Origin: Neovahlkampfia damariscottae
Taxonomy: Eukaryota
Length of the DNA: 42,864 bases
Assembly: GCA_016618085.1 (NCBI GenBank)
Contig: JABLTG010000164.1
Span: 1 to 42,864 of the forward strand
Direction: 5' to 3'
A model generated the notes under the pieces. That model was not told the DNA's origin. It worked only from the letters and a program-made list of their open reading frames with translations, and made no database searches. The position numbers were made by a program, and so were the translations under genes. Positions 1 through 12,500 of this stretch are shown here, in pieces; position 1 is the first letter of the stretch; every line of letters starts with the position of its first letter.

Positions 1-129
1 TTTCTAGTTGAACAAAAGGTCTTTTTTGTTCAACTTGAACAACTTCAAGTAAAAATTCTAAAAATAACTGGCAAAATTAAATCTAATTGGCCACTTTTAT
101 CACAATAACCATCAATTCATTGGCCGTTG
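1..129 (-). mobile_element. Left end of a second copy of the Fanzor2/TnpB-like element (inverted; the element continues off the left edge)
   Basis: The reverse complement of 93-129 is identical to 41929-41965 (37 bp) and that of 1-49 is identical to 41970-42018 (49 bp). The spacer is 43 bp here versus 4 bp in the right copy. Identity stops at 129/41929. Confidence 0.85.
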
Positions 130-430
130 GTCCATGGTAAATCATGGAACTGGCCAATGAAAATAAAATCCATTCAAGAAGTGGAAGAAATTATATCTTC
201 AAAGATAAATGTTGCTCTTCCTGGGTTAGGAGCGTGTGGTACAAGAGGAAAGAGACAAACGAAACAGATATTGAGATTCCATGAGAATGAGTATTTTCTT
301 TTCACCAGGTTTCAAAACTCCAAGTATATCATCCAATAGGAATCATTTAAAAACAAGCTAGATTTTCGAGACTCAATCTAAATTTCTTATCCATATAATT
401 CATCAATTTTTATTTTTTTTTCTACATGAT

Positions 431-1799
431 TTATTCTTTCACATAAAGTTCACATAAATTGTTAACACGAGTTACTTTGGCAGTAAATGAGTCTTTAATT
501 CTCATTCCTTTCCCCAAACTTTGTAAACCAACTCCAAGAGCAAAAAAATCTAATTTGACATCCACTTTTGAATTTGGATCAACAAAACCGATCTTTTTTA
601 TGGATAAACCATTTACACATAAAGGAAACATTGCATCAACATCTAAAAAAAAATTAAAGAAAAAGAGAAAAAGTACCAAAATAAATGGTCAAATCAACTT
701 TCGTTTTTGATCTATTATAGATTCTACACATAATTTGAAATGACTTTTCAATAAATATTTCTTCGTCAATTGTTTCCAAAAAGGTCATTTCAATTTCTGG
801 TTTTGGCAACGTCTTATATGAAATTGAAGCTGTTTGTAATTCACCTGATTCACCCATTGTAGTTTTCCAATTCATACCAATTTTACCCAAGACATGTGAA
901 ACTTTTTCTTTTGAAAGAATTTGAAATAAATATCTCTTGACCTCTTTTGAAAGTAATAAATGATGATAGTCTTTTCCTGTTTGATGTATTGAATGATCAA
1001 TTACATCATATGTTGTACCTGGATTAAAATTTAAATTTTCAATATAAATTGGATGTTCCATTAAATTTTTTAATTCAACTTGAAGACAAATATCATTTTT
1101 TGTTCCAGGAAAAGAATTACAAAGCCATCTGATTTCTATTGGTTGTAAAACGGGACCAGATGCTGGAATTTTAAATTTCTTTTGAGTTTTTACAACTGAT
1201 TCTTCTATCAAGTATTCTATATCACAAATCAATCTTTTTTTAATTTAATTTTTTTTTTTTTTTTTTTTACAAATGTGTTTCGGCTTCTGTGATTGTATGT
1301 TCAATAACGAAATCATGATGACTATCAGGTTTAATTTCAGGTACTGGACTCTTTGAAAAATCCAATAAAACATGACCAACTGTGTTTGATGTTGTAATGA
1401 GTGAAGCTTTAAAGTTTATATTTTTCGCAGATGAAAAAGAATGTTGATTTGAAAGTGTTACATAACAACGAAGTTTTTCATGAACATGAATTTTTCTGTT
1501 AAAGATGTTAAAAAACAAAAAAAATAAAACCCAAATTCTTCAAGAATTTTCCAAGATTCAGAATATCCTAAACCATCCATAACAAGTGTATTTTCATCAA
1601 GATTTTCTTGATAAATACTTTTTTCTGGATAGTATGTTTTTTGTGTTGAAATTGATTTTCCAAAAATTTCGTCTTTTTCAAAAAGAACTGGAAATTTTAC
1701 ACTTCCTTCAACTTTTTTCAAACGTAAAATCTTCAAAGAAAGAACTTCTGGTGGTGGTTCAACCTCATTTGTATTTGGGTTTAGTTTATTGTTTGACAT
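431..1799 (-). CDS. TRAPPC13: Trafficking protein particle complex subunit 13 (spliced, about 4 exons)
   Basis: N-terminal LSLKILRL, FGKIHVHEKLRCYVTLSN, CLQVELKN, and LGKIGMNWKTTMGESGELQT matching the TRAPPC13 (DUF974) motif GKLDIVWKTNLGERGRLQT. Introns at about 1497-1530, 1234-1270 and 643-675. Confidence 0.85.
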
Positions 1800-1850
1800 A
1801 ATTAAATTCCTAACCAATGAAATCAATCTTGAATTAAAAAAAACATTTAT

Positions 1851-4800
1851 TCAAGTCAATTGAAAACCTTGACCATATTTCATAGAAGTAAATAATCTCT
1901 CTTTTAAAACTTTCTTTGAAGAATATTCAGATAATTTTAAATAATGAAAACAAGTATTTGATGTAGGTAAAACTTCATCTTTCTTTGTGGAAACTAATTT
2001 GATGATTGAAACTATTTTGAAAAAAAAAAAAATTAAAAAATTGAGGGAATGGAACTTACGTTTTGGATTTAAATGTTTAATTCCTCCAATTGGTAATCTA
2101 TTTGAACCTGTAACAAATTCTAAAAACTGTCTTCTTTCTTGTTCATTCATTTCAATTAAAATTTCAAATAAAAATTGAATTGTTTTTGAATCATGTTTAT
2201 ATCCATTAACTAATGTATTTTCAATCAAAATATTCATATCCCATTTTTCATCATTCCCACAAATTAATTGATTAAGTTCATTTTCAGAAAAATATTTCAA
2301 ACGATTTAATGGTACAATATCTTTCAATCCATTCAAAAATGATTCAATTTGTTTGTTAATTGAAGATTTGATGAAATCAATAAATGTATTAAAATATTTT
2401 TCAAAATTGTCAAAAGTAACATCAATGTTGGATCCATTTTTGATTAATTCAACACCTTCAAATGAAAAATCTAAATATAAACTGGATATCTTTTCATTTA
2501 ATTCTTTAATATTTTTCTTTGATTTAATTTGTTCATTTAAATTTGAAATCAATGTAATATGATTGTACAAGAATTTATCAATGAATTCAACATCCGAGAT
2601 TTGAAATTCTTTACCTAATATAATTTTAAGAAATACATTATTGAATTGTAAATCTAATAATCTGTTATCTTCCAATGATTTTCCAACTAATCGTCCAATG
2701 AACTTCCAGTATTTCAAACTGTCTTTGTTCAAAGTAAATGAAGGAAATAAACCATGAGATGCTAAAACATGTTCACTTTCATTATTTTTATCATCATCAT
2801 GAAATACACCAAATTTCTTTTTTTGAATATCATGTGAGATTGAATTATAAAAATTCAAAGTTGGTCCAAGTCCAATTCCTCTCTCATTTTCATATTCAAT
2901 TTCTATAGTTGATTTATCCAAAGAATATTTATCTAGGACATCAATGGATTGTTCAAATAGTTTTGATCTGTCAATTGTTTCTTTTTGTATATTTGATCTT
3001 CCAATTCTTGATTCTTTTTCATTTGAATATCCAGATGCATTATAATCTAAGTTTAAAATCTTTGATGTTCCAAAATTAATAGAATAAAATAATAATCTTC
3101 TTAATTCAAATGGAAATAAAAATTTACAATTTTCCATTAATCCATCAATCCATAAAGGATATTTTCCAAAACAACATAATAACAAAGATTCTTTTGTTTG
3201 TAATTGAAAACGTATTTTTGATGAAATTTGATTTGAAATAAAGTTTGATGGGTCAATAATTGGATATTCAATACCAAAACTGGAATTCTTTTCAACTGGA
3301 TTTTCATTCACAAAATTTAAAATTCTCAACAAAGAAAATAATTGATTTGAAGGATGTGAGTTATCAATTCCCGGTATTTTATCAAAATCATTGTTTTCTT
3401 CAATATTTTTTAAAAAATCTTCTTCTTGTTTAAATTGAAAAGTGAAATCAAATACTTGTGAAAAAATTGAATTTGATGGTTTTTTAGGTTCATAAGAAGG
3501 TGTTTTTGCTGTTTTTTTTTTTATTCCTTTTTTATTACTTCCTTTAAAATCAAATCCTGAAAATGGTGAATCAATATCATTTGAATCACCAAATAAACCA
3601 CCTTCATTTTGAATTAAATCATTTTCAAATTCTTCATCATAATTTGGTGAATAATCATCATCATTATAGTTTGGTTTAAATTTTTTTGAGAATTTATTTT
3701 TGAAAGGTTGATAATTTTCATCCTGAAAATCAAATAAAGTATGTTTTCCAATGAATTCTAATAACATCATTGATGGTTCTAATTTCACATCTTTATAATA
3801 AATTTCAACTTTTTTTTTATGTGTTTTTTCTAAATATTCAGAAAATAATGAAATATTTGACAATGGTTCAACTAATAAAGTATGTTTTTTTCCATCATTT
3901 GAATTTGTTAAATTGACAGTTAATGTTTTACTTAAACTCATCAATGAAGGTGGATATTCAAAAATATCACTTGTAACAGCTTCTAATTGTTCTTTTGATT
4001 CCAAAGTGAAATTAATCATATGAACAAGATTTTGAAATGCTTTTGGATTTTTATGAATACTCTTTGAAAATTGATTTAAAATATCATTTGATGATTTTAA
4101 ATACCCAAAAAATGATTTTGAAAAATTTGATTTGTAAAATTGTGAACATGAAAAATTATCATTTTCGAATAATTCTAATAATTTTGAAAAATCAAATGAT
4201 TGTTTTTTATCAAACATTTGAACATATTCTTTTAAAATTCTTTCATTTTTTGATTCAAGTTTTTTTGTATTTTGATTTTTTGAAAGAAATAATTGAATTA
4301 ATGATGAATACTCTGAATTTGATTTTAATGACATAATTTTTTGAAAGAATTCTTCTTTGATCAATTTATCTTGATATGGTGTTTTTGAAATGTTTAAAAG
4401 AATATCAGCCATTAAAAGAATATGTGAAATAATTACAAAATCAATATAATTTGTTGATGAAATAATTTTACATAAAAATGAAGTCATTTGATTTGCATCT
4501 AAAAATTGAATTAAATTTTCTTCATTTGAAAGTATTAAAATTTTAGTCATTGCCATAACACAATCTTGTCTGATTGATAAATTTAATGATGTTGAACAAA
4601 TTTCAATTAATGGATTCATCAAATATTTAAGTAATTGTTTTGTAACTTGTTTATCTTTCATAAAATCTTCACGAAGTTCTGAAACTGAAATTGATGGATA
4701 TATTGATTTTTTTGGTATTTTAAAATTTTTTGAATTCTTTTTTGTTGGTTCAATTGTATATTTTAAATCACGAATATAATTTGAAGGTATTGGTAATCTA

Positions 4801-5975
4801 TGAACATTTCTCATCACTTGACTTGATTTATTATATTGTTTCATTGTTATTAAATTAACAGTATATTTATTCTTCATAATATCAAGAGATTGAGTTTTTT
4901 GTTGAAAAGCATTCTCAAGTGTTGTTACAATATGAGCTTGGTAAGCTTAAAAAGTTATTTTTTTAATATTTTTTTTACGATTTAAATTATGAAAATCATC
5001 TTCCCAAAACCATTCAAATGATGGTTTTGAAGATATAGTAGCAATATCATTTCCATGTATTTTTGGTAATAAATTATTTAACAAAAATAAAATATCATTT
5101 AACATTGTTTCTGATGAAATTAATGACTTTAAAGATTCTTCTCCGTTAAATACTTGATATTGTGGTGATAAAGTTCCTTGAATTGTTTTTATAACACCTT
5201 TTTGACATAATAAAATGGAGACATTTGGTGAAACAGTACATAAAAGTGAAAGTAATTTGATAATGGATGCTTTTGAAGTTGAAGCTCTAATTAATCTATC
5301 AACTATATTTTCAATAAGACCTTGTGAAGCTATATCTTTTATAGTTTTTTCATTTTCTGAAAAATGATTCAAAAGATAAGCAAAACAATCACAAATGATT
5401 AAAACTTCTTCTTCTGAACCTTGAAATAAAGAACTAAGAATTGGAATTGAACTTGAAATTGATTTATAATCATTTGAAGATAACTTTCGACATAAATTTG
5501 AAATTAATGAAAGTGCTGGTTTGATTAAATTTGGTGAAAGTTTTTTTAAAGTTTGAATTGAGTCAGTTAAAATTTTCATAAAATCTTTTTGTTCAAGTAA
5601 TTTTTTTGGACTTTCTACTGCGATTTTTTCCAAGCATTTGAGAACTTCTTCTGCTAATTCTATATCATAATCATTTTCTTTGAGTAAATTAATTAAAACT
5701 TCAATTGCTCCAAAAGAAATAACTTGTTCGCAAGAATGAGGCACAATATCAAGTACTAAACCAACTGCTCTTGCTGCTAAAACTTTGATTTCCCTTTTTT
5801 TCACAGGTTTTAAACCACTATAACCACTTTTTCCCATTATTGCAAGAAAAACAGGTACAAAACCATAAATATCAAAATTTCTGATGTAATTTTCATCTCC
5901 TATGCATAACCAAGTAGTTAATTCACTTAATTGTGACTCTTGACGGGAATCGTTATTAGATAAAAGGTCATCCAT
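1851..5975 (-). CDS. HECT E3 ubiquitin ligase, TRIP12/UFD4/UPL3 family (ARM repeats, WWE domain, HECT)
   Basis: N-terminal ARM region (LSELTTWLCIGDE, IELAEEVLKCLEKIA). WWE-like FEWFWEDDFHNLNPY...YTVNLITMKQYN across intron 4946-4978. HECT motifs EYENERGIGLGPTLNFY, FLEFVTGSNRLPIGG and catalytic LPTSNTCFHYLKL. In-frame intron 2012-2059. Confidence 0.92.
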
Positions 5976-6087
5976 AAAAAAACAAATTTAGTTGAAAAAA
6001 AATGCTCTGAAAAAAATGACCAATGAGATTTATTCTTGATGATTTGACCAATTAAATTTATAAACTTTTTTACCCTCAAAACACACA
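5976..6087. promoter_or_regulatory. Bidirectional promoter with two TGACCAAT boxes
   Basis: CCAAT at 6020 and 6048 between the divergent HECT and ARPC1 starts. Confidence 0.55.
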
Positions 6088-7232
6088 ATGGCAAGTTGGC
6101 AAACAAAAAAATTCGGAAATACAGCAACAAAAGAACCTTCTTTGGTAGCTAGTATTTCATGTTTTTGTTTTAATAAAGACAAATCAAGTAAAAAAAAAAA
6201 AAAAAAAAAAAAATTTAACTTTGAAAAATAGTGATTGCTCTTTCACCAAACGATAACACAGTTGAAATCTATGCTACAAATGGTTCACAAGATACAACTA
6301 AATGGACTAAAAAATATGATTTAAAAGAACATACTAAACTTGTTATGGATATCGATTGGTCAAAAAATACAAATGCAATTCTTACAGCTGGACAAGACCG
6401 TAATGCTTATGTATGGACTTTAGATGGTGATGAATGGAAACCATCATTAGTTTTATTAAAAATTCACAGATCAGCAACTTGTTGTAGATGGGCTGTAAAT
6501 GAAGATAAATTTGCTGTTGGTTCAGGAGCTAAAATTCTTTCAATTTGTTATTATGATGAAGACAACAAATGGTGGGTTTCAAAAATGGTTAAAAAAAATA
6601 AACCACATGCTTCAACTATTTTAACTTGTGCATGGCATCCAACTGATAATTTACTTTTACTTACAGGATGTGGAGACTCAAAAGCACGTGCTTTAACATG
6701 TTATCTTAAAGATACTGATCCAAAAAGTAGAAAAACTGAATTCCCAACAATCAACGCTGAACACGATGTCACAGGTTGGGTTCATTGTGTAACATGGTCA
6801 CCATCAGGAGATTCATATGCTTTTACAGGACATGATTCAACTCTTTATGTTGCTAAATCAGATTCACACGAAGTTACTGCTGTACCTACAAAATTTAACC
6901 CATTCAAAAAACTTTTATATTTAAGTGAAACTTCAATTGTTGCTGTTGGTCATGACTTTACTCCTATCGTTTTTTCATCATCTGAAGGAGAATGGAAATG
7001 TTATGGTGCTCACGGAATTACTGAAAAAAAACAAGAAACAAGACCTACTTTTGGTCAAAAACCAACTTCATCAGGACCTGAAACTAGACATAAAAATACT
7101 ATTAATTCAATTTCAATCTTTGCTGAAAGTGGAGGAAAAGTTTCAGAATTTTGTACTGCTGGTTTAGATGGACGTATTTGTTTCTGGAAAGTTGCTGATA
7201 TTGAAAAAGCAGTTTCAGGTTTCAAAGCTTAA
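6088..7232 (+). CDS. ARPC1: Arp2/3 complex subunit 1 (p41-Arc, WD40)
   Basis: ATG 6088, intron 6188-6231. IALSPN, QDRNAYVW, WKPSLVLLKIHRSA, KFAVGSGAK, WWVSK and FCTAGLDGR are ARPC1 signatures. Confidence 0.95.
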
Positions 7233-7278
7233 TTAATAGTGAAAAAAAAAAAGTTTAATTTTATTTTAAAACAATCTT

Positions 7279-7832
7279 TTAATCTGGTAAATCAAAATAT
7301 CCAACCGGTTTTTCTTCCAAAGTATCAACTTTTTCTTCTATTTTGTCTTCAACCTTCGCCTGTTCTGCTTCTTTTTGTTCTTCTAATTTTCTTAATTTTT
7401 TTCTTTCTTTTTTTAATCTTTTTCTTTCTTCTTCTTCTTTTTTTTTTATTTCATCTTGTTCAAATTCTTTGATGTACTAAAAATTACATTAATATTTTTT
7501 TCAAACAAGAACTTTACTTTTCTGTAATCACCAAAAGTCCTAGTCATAATAAACCTCTTTTCAGCTTTAGTATTTTTTGTTGATTTTAATTTATTAACTA
7601 CAGCTTGTGATTCTTTAATTTGAGTTTCATCTGCATCTTTTCTTTTTTGTCCTAACACTAAAAAAACTGTTAATCTATTTTTTCACATACACAATTGATC
7701 AATACACCATTTTAATTCAACTTCAAAATTATCATTTGGATCATTTTTTTCTGTTGAATTTTTATCATCTTTTTTAATAATTTTAGGAGGAGGTTTTTTA
7801 TTTATGTTTTGTCTTTGCTTCAATTTTGACAT
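7279..7832 (-). CDS. UPF0488/C8orf33 (DUF4615)-like protein, spliced
   Basis: Manual translation gives MSKLKQRQ...FEVELKWCIDQL | LGQK...KRFIMTRTFGDYRK | charged tail ending GYFDLPD*. ELxWCIxQL and MRxxFGDYR are the family motifs. Confidence 0.75.
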
Positions 7833-7852
7833 TTGACCAATCGAATTCTCTT
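7833..7852. promoter_or_regulatory. CCAAT-containing 20-bp gap between divergent start codons
   Basis: TTGACCAATCGAATTCTCTT lies between ATG 7832 (-) and ATG 7853 (+). Confidence 0.55.
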
Positions 7853-9462
7853 ATGAACTCTCCAAAGAAATTAAGAAGGTAAGAGTCCATCATATCACAA
7901 GTTCTAAAATTTCACCAGGTTACTATTGATAACAGTTATCATTTTTTTGTACTTAATATTGATGACTTTATTGATGATAGAAACTGGGTATGTCTCAACA
8001 AATTCAGGTGACTATAAAAATACACCTTCTGTTCCATATGAAGATTTGAAGCATCTGAATCGTAGAACTGGTTCAAAAAATGGATTTTGGATTGTCTTAA
8101 TAACTCACTCAAGAGTTAATTATTTACAAAAAACAATTTCTTCTCTTTTAGATCAACCTGACTTAAAAAAGTATTCTTTATTGATTTCACAAGATGGAAA
8201 TATCTTACAAATGACTAAGGCTATCAGAAAATTAATGCCGGAGTTAAAAAAAAAATTGAAAAAAGTTGAACATTTACACGTTCAACCAACTGAACATATT
8301 AGAGGTCAGTGAATTTTTTTTAATTTCTAATATTTTTTTAGCAAGTGCAAAAATAGCTAATAATTATAAAAATGCGTTGACTACAGTTTTCAATAAATAC
8401 AAAGCAAAATATTCAATCATCATTGAAGATGATATGATTTTCTCACCAGATTTTTTAAGTTATTTTAGAACAACAGCATTTTTATTAAACGATCCAACAG
8501 TATGGTGTATTTCTTCATGGAATGATTTTGGTTATAAAGTTTGAAAACACTTTTGTTAAACATTTTTTTCTTAAAGCATCTGGTGGATGATCACAATAGA
8601 TTATTTAGAACACAATATTTTCCAGGTTTAGGATGGATGATTAATAAGAAAATTTGGGATGAAATTGAAAAAAAATTCCCAAATGATTTATGGGATGAAG
8701 GAATGAGGGTTTCAACAATGAGCAAAAATAGAGATTGTATTGTTCCAGAAATTTCAAGAAATAGAAATATTGGAATTACTGGAGCAAACATGAATCCAAG
8801 AGATTTTGCTTTAAAAATTCAACCAATGGCATTTAACAAAGAAATTGACAATCAATATGATTTAAAAAATTTAGGATCACCTGAATATGAAGCTCACATG
8901 AAGAGTTTAGTTTCAAATTCAAAGTTCATCAAAAATTTATATGAAGTAAAAGGAAAAGGAGAAATATTTACTCTACCTTTTAAATCTGTAAATAGAAGAA
9001 AAATACAACAAACATTGTTTATTCCACTTGATGAATTTCGATCTCAACATCAACATACTGTTGTTTTGAAACATCGAGGAAATATTTTAGTATTAGCACA
9101 TGAAAGATTAAGTCCATATTTACCTAAAAAATATAAAATTGAAAGAAATCCGACAATGAAAATCTTTGCAGGAGCCAAAGCACAAAGTTGCAATACTGTT
9201 TGTAAAGCACAAAAATTAAAGTAAGTTTTTTTGGATTCTCATAGATTTTAGATGTGATCAAGAACATTTTGATTATATTAATAATTGTGAAACCTTGGGT
9301 AAATTTTTTGATTGTTCAAATCGTTGTTCTGTTCAAATTGGAAGTGATATTCCAAATTTTGTTGAGAAAAAACAAACATGTTTAATAACTCATGCTTCTA
9401 GTTCTCTTTGTAACACTAGACATACAATAACTCAAAGATTATGCCCTTGTCTTGAAGAATAA
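7853..9462 (+). CDS. GT13 alpha-1,3-mannosyl-glycoprotein beta-1,2-GlcNAc transferase (GnT-I/MGAT1-like) with a Cys-rich C-terminal domain
   Basis: Type II signal anchor after intron 7879-7918. ISQDG, IIIEDDMIFSPDFLSYF, WCISSWND, RTQYFPGLGWM and RDCIVPEISR. Last exon ends TQRLCPCLEE*. Confidence 0.9.
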
Positions 9463-9548
9463 ATTTTTGAATTTTTATCCATTTTCTAAATTTGAAAGTT
9501 ATTTGCTTTGTGATTGGTTGACGACTTTTTTTGCAGTTACAAAAACAG

Positions 9549-12500
9549 ATGGAAGAAGAAATTTTGAAGAACTTTCTTCAACTTTCAAATGTCTTAAATA
9601 TACCACTTGATCATGAAAGTTTCTATGATTCAACAACAAAAATCATTACTTCTCTTTTGAATATTTCAAAATTTGAAAAAGAAACACTTATGGAGTTGTT
9701 ATTTAAAAAATATGAAAAAAATGGAGAGAATGAAATTGAGTTTTTGATATTAATTCATCATATTTTAGATGAAAAACATGAAAAAATGTTCAAAGATATC
9801 TGTTTTTCATATTTGAAAAAAACAGAAAATTCTGAAAGAAAAGGTTTGAATAGTTTCTTAAAATTAATCTTTAAAATAGGTGAAATATCACCAAAACAAA
9901 GAATTGGTTTGTGTTTTTTCATTTTGTATTAATATTTAGCGTGTTATTTGTTATCAAAATTGAAAATTGAAAATTTCGATTTTTTTTTTGATTTTATGAA
10001 AGAAGACATTGATAATCAAGAGTATTCACTTCATTCGATTATTTATCTTTGTTCATTATACTCAAATCAAATCGAAATGGATGAGAATTTTTATGATTTA
10101 ATTTTAACACAATTCAAACAATGGGTAAGAAATTATTCATTTAAAGTGTATTTAAAAGGATACAAGTGATAGAAAAATATGTGCTTCTTCACTTTTATGG
10201 TGTTTTTTCAAAAATGAAAAATTAAAGAAGCAAAGAGTTGAAGTTTGAAAATAATAATTTTAACTTTTTTTTAGAAATTTTGGAATTTAATTTTTGAATC
10301 ATTCGGTTCAGATGATAAAGAATTAAGAAATGAATCATATGGATTACTTTCACAATTTTATGATTTATTTTTCCATTCAACTTTAATCGATTTAAGATTT
10401 AATGAAAATTTTTGGACAATGATACAAGTTTGAAAAATAAAATGATATTAAATAACTAGACTGGTTTATTAGGTACTGTTCCATATACAGCAAAAAGATG
10501 CATTTTTTTAATTAAAAAAGTTATTGAAACAACAAAAAATGATGAAAATTCAAACAACTGTAAATGGACAAAATGTCAGTTTTTCAATTGATTTAAACTT
10601 GATAGTCTTTCATTGGAATGATAAATACTCAAATGAATTAGAAAATTTATGGGAAATCTTTTTCACAATTTATGAAAATTTAGAACAATTAGCGATTCAT
10701 TTGATATTGGTAATTCAAAAAAAAATCATTTATTTTAACATTTCTAAAGAGTAGTTGGAAAGATATTTTGAATTTATTTCCAAAGAGAAAAGAAGATCTC
10801 CACAAATATTTGAGTTTCATTTGGCCTGCAATCTTATTAGAAAAATCATTCGCTCATAACAATTTTCAAATTAAAACATTGGCTCTTCAAACTTTATTTG
10901 AATTAGATTTTTCAATTTATTCAAATTCGTTTCCAAATTCATTTCTTTGTGGTTAGATTTTCATTAAATTACTCATTTTTTTAGATAGTTTAATCAAACC
11001 ATTAAATGAACCAAGACTATATGAAGAAAATAAAACAGCAAATATCTCTGAAAATTTGATTCAATTTTATTTGAATTATATTCATTCATTCGAGAAATTA
11101 CAAGACAAACAACAATTTTTGAATGATTTATTGGATAGATTAGGTAGTTATACACATCATTCATCAATTTCTTGTTTCACTAAAATGTTAGAATTATTAG
11201 ATATTCATGATTTATTTGACATAAAATCATTGGATCTTCTTTACAGAGTAGTTGATAATAATTGTAGAAGCAAGTAACATTTTGTTTTTTTTGTTCATTA
11301 TTTAGGACTCTTTGGATTGAATTGAAAAATGAATCTCAAATTATCCATTCATTACTTCATTGTTGTCAACCATCATCAAAAAATATTCAAGGGATAATCA
11401 AATTATTAGAAAGTTTTGAAATGAATGTCATGAAAGAGAATATTGTAGATTTGATTTCTGAATGGTTATTAAAGGAGGTATGTTATTGAATTCTTGACAA
11501 TTTAGAAAATTGTGATTAAAGAATTTTTAAAAAAAGAATTACTCAATATACATTCATTAGATTTTGATTCTTCAATTATTCTTGGAAAAAGAATTGCAAG
11601 ATTATTCAAGTTTTTACCTGAAAAATCATTTGAAAATCTCTTGATTGATCATATTAACATGTTGCCAGATTTTGAAAAGTAGGATTTTTTTTTACTTGGT
11701 TTTAACACATTTTTTAAAGGACTCCATTTCAAAAAAATATTCTACACATTTATTTCTTGAAGAATTTATTTTTAGAATTGCATAATAGAGGTAATGCATT
11801 ATAATTTCTTATGAAAATGAAAGATTGGTTTTCCAATGTGATTTCAAATTGTTCAACAAAATTCAATTCAATTTTTGATTATATTTCAACAATTATTGAA
11901 TTTCCAACAACATTTTCATGCTTTGATGAAATTAAAAAAGAAAAATTAGAACCATTGACAATTGAATATTTTGTTGAATACATTGAATTGATTTCATTTT
12001 TCCTTAGATGTCAAGTTCAAAATTTGAGTGCTGAAAAATTTTTGGGTCTTTTAAAAAGTTCAATTGACTTTATTTCGAATGTTGAAAAGAGTAGAAATAA
12101 TGACATTTTGAAAAAGAGAAGTTTTTATGTTGCAATTTATTTGATCAATTCAATTGAAGTGATTGTTCAATTTGCCAAATTAAAAATCAATAATATTTTG
12201 ATATGGAGTGAAAAAGATGAAAATTTGTTATTGGAGCTAGTTGAAAAATTGTTGAATTTTGATCCTAAAATACAAGATGGTGATTATTCACCTCCAACAG
12301 ATTTTTATTTGTCCAATGAAAATTTATCAACACTTTTTTCAAATTTTCATACTAAAAAATGGGAAATTTTGAACATATTCATTCATTTATTGTCTAGAAT
12401 TGATACTATTTCATTCTCAAAAATTAAGAATTTGAATGAATTTATCACAAATGAAGTTGATTGTCTCAATGGTGCAAATTCCACTTTTGTTATTGACACA

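Noticed and set aside
127..339. 70-aa ORF beside the left element end, as a possible transposase or cargo gene
   Set aside because: I found no serine-recombinase, Y1 or RuvC motif in the frames examined, and it is too short to support a call.
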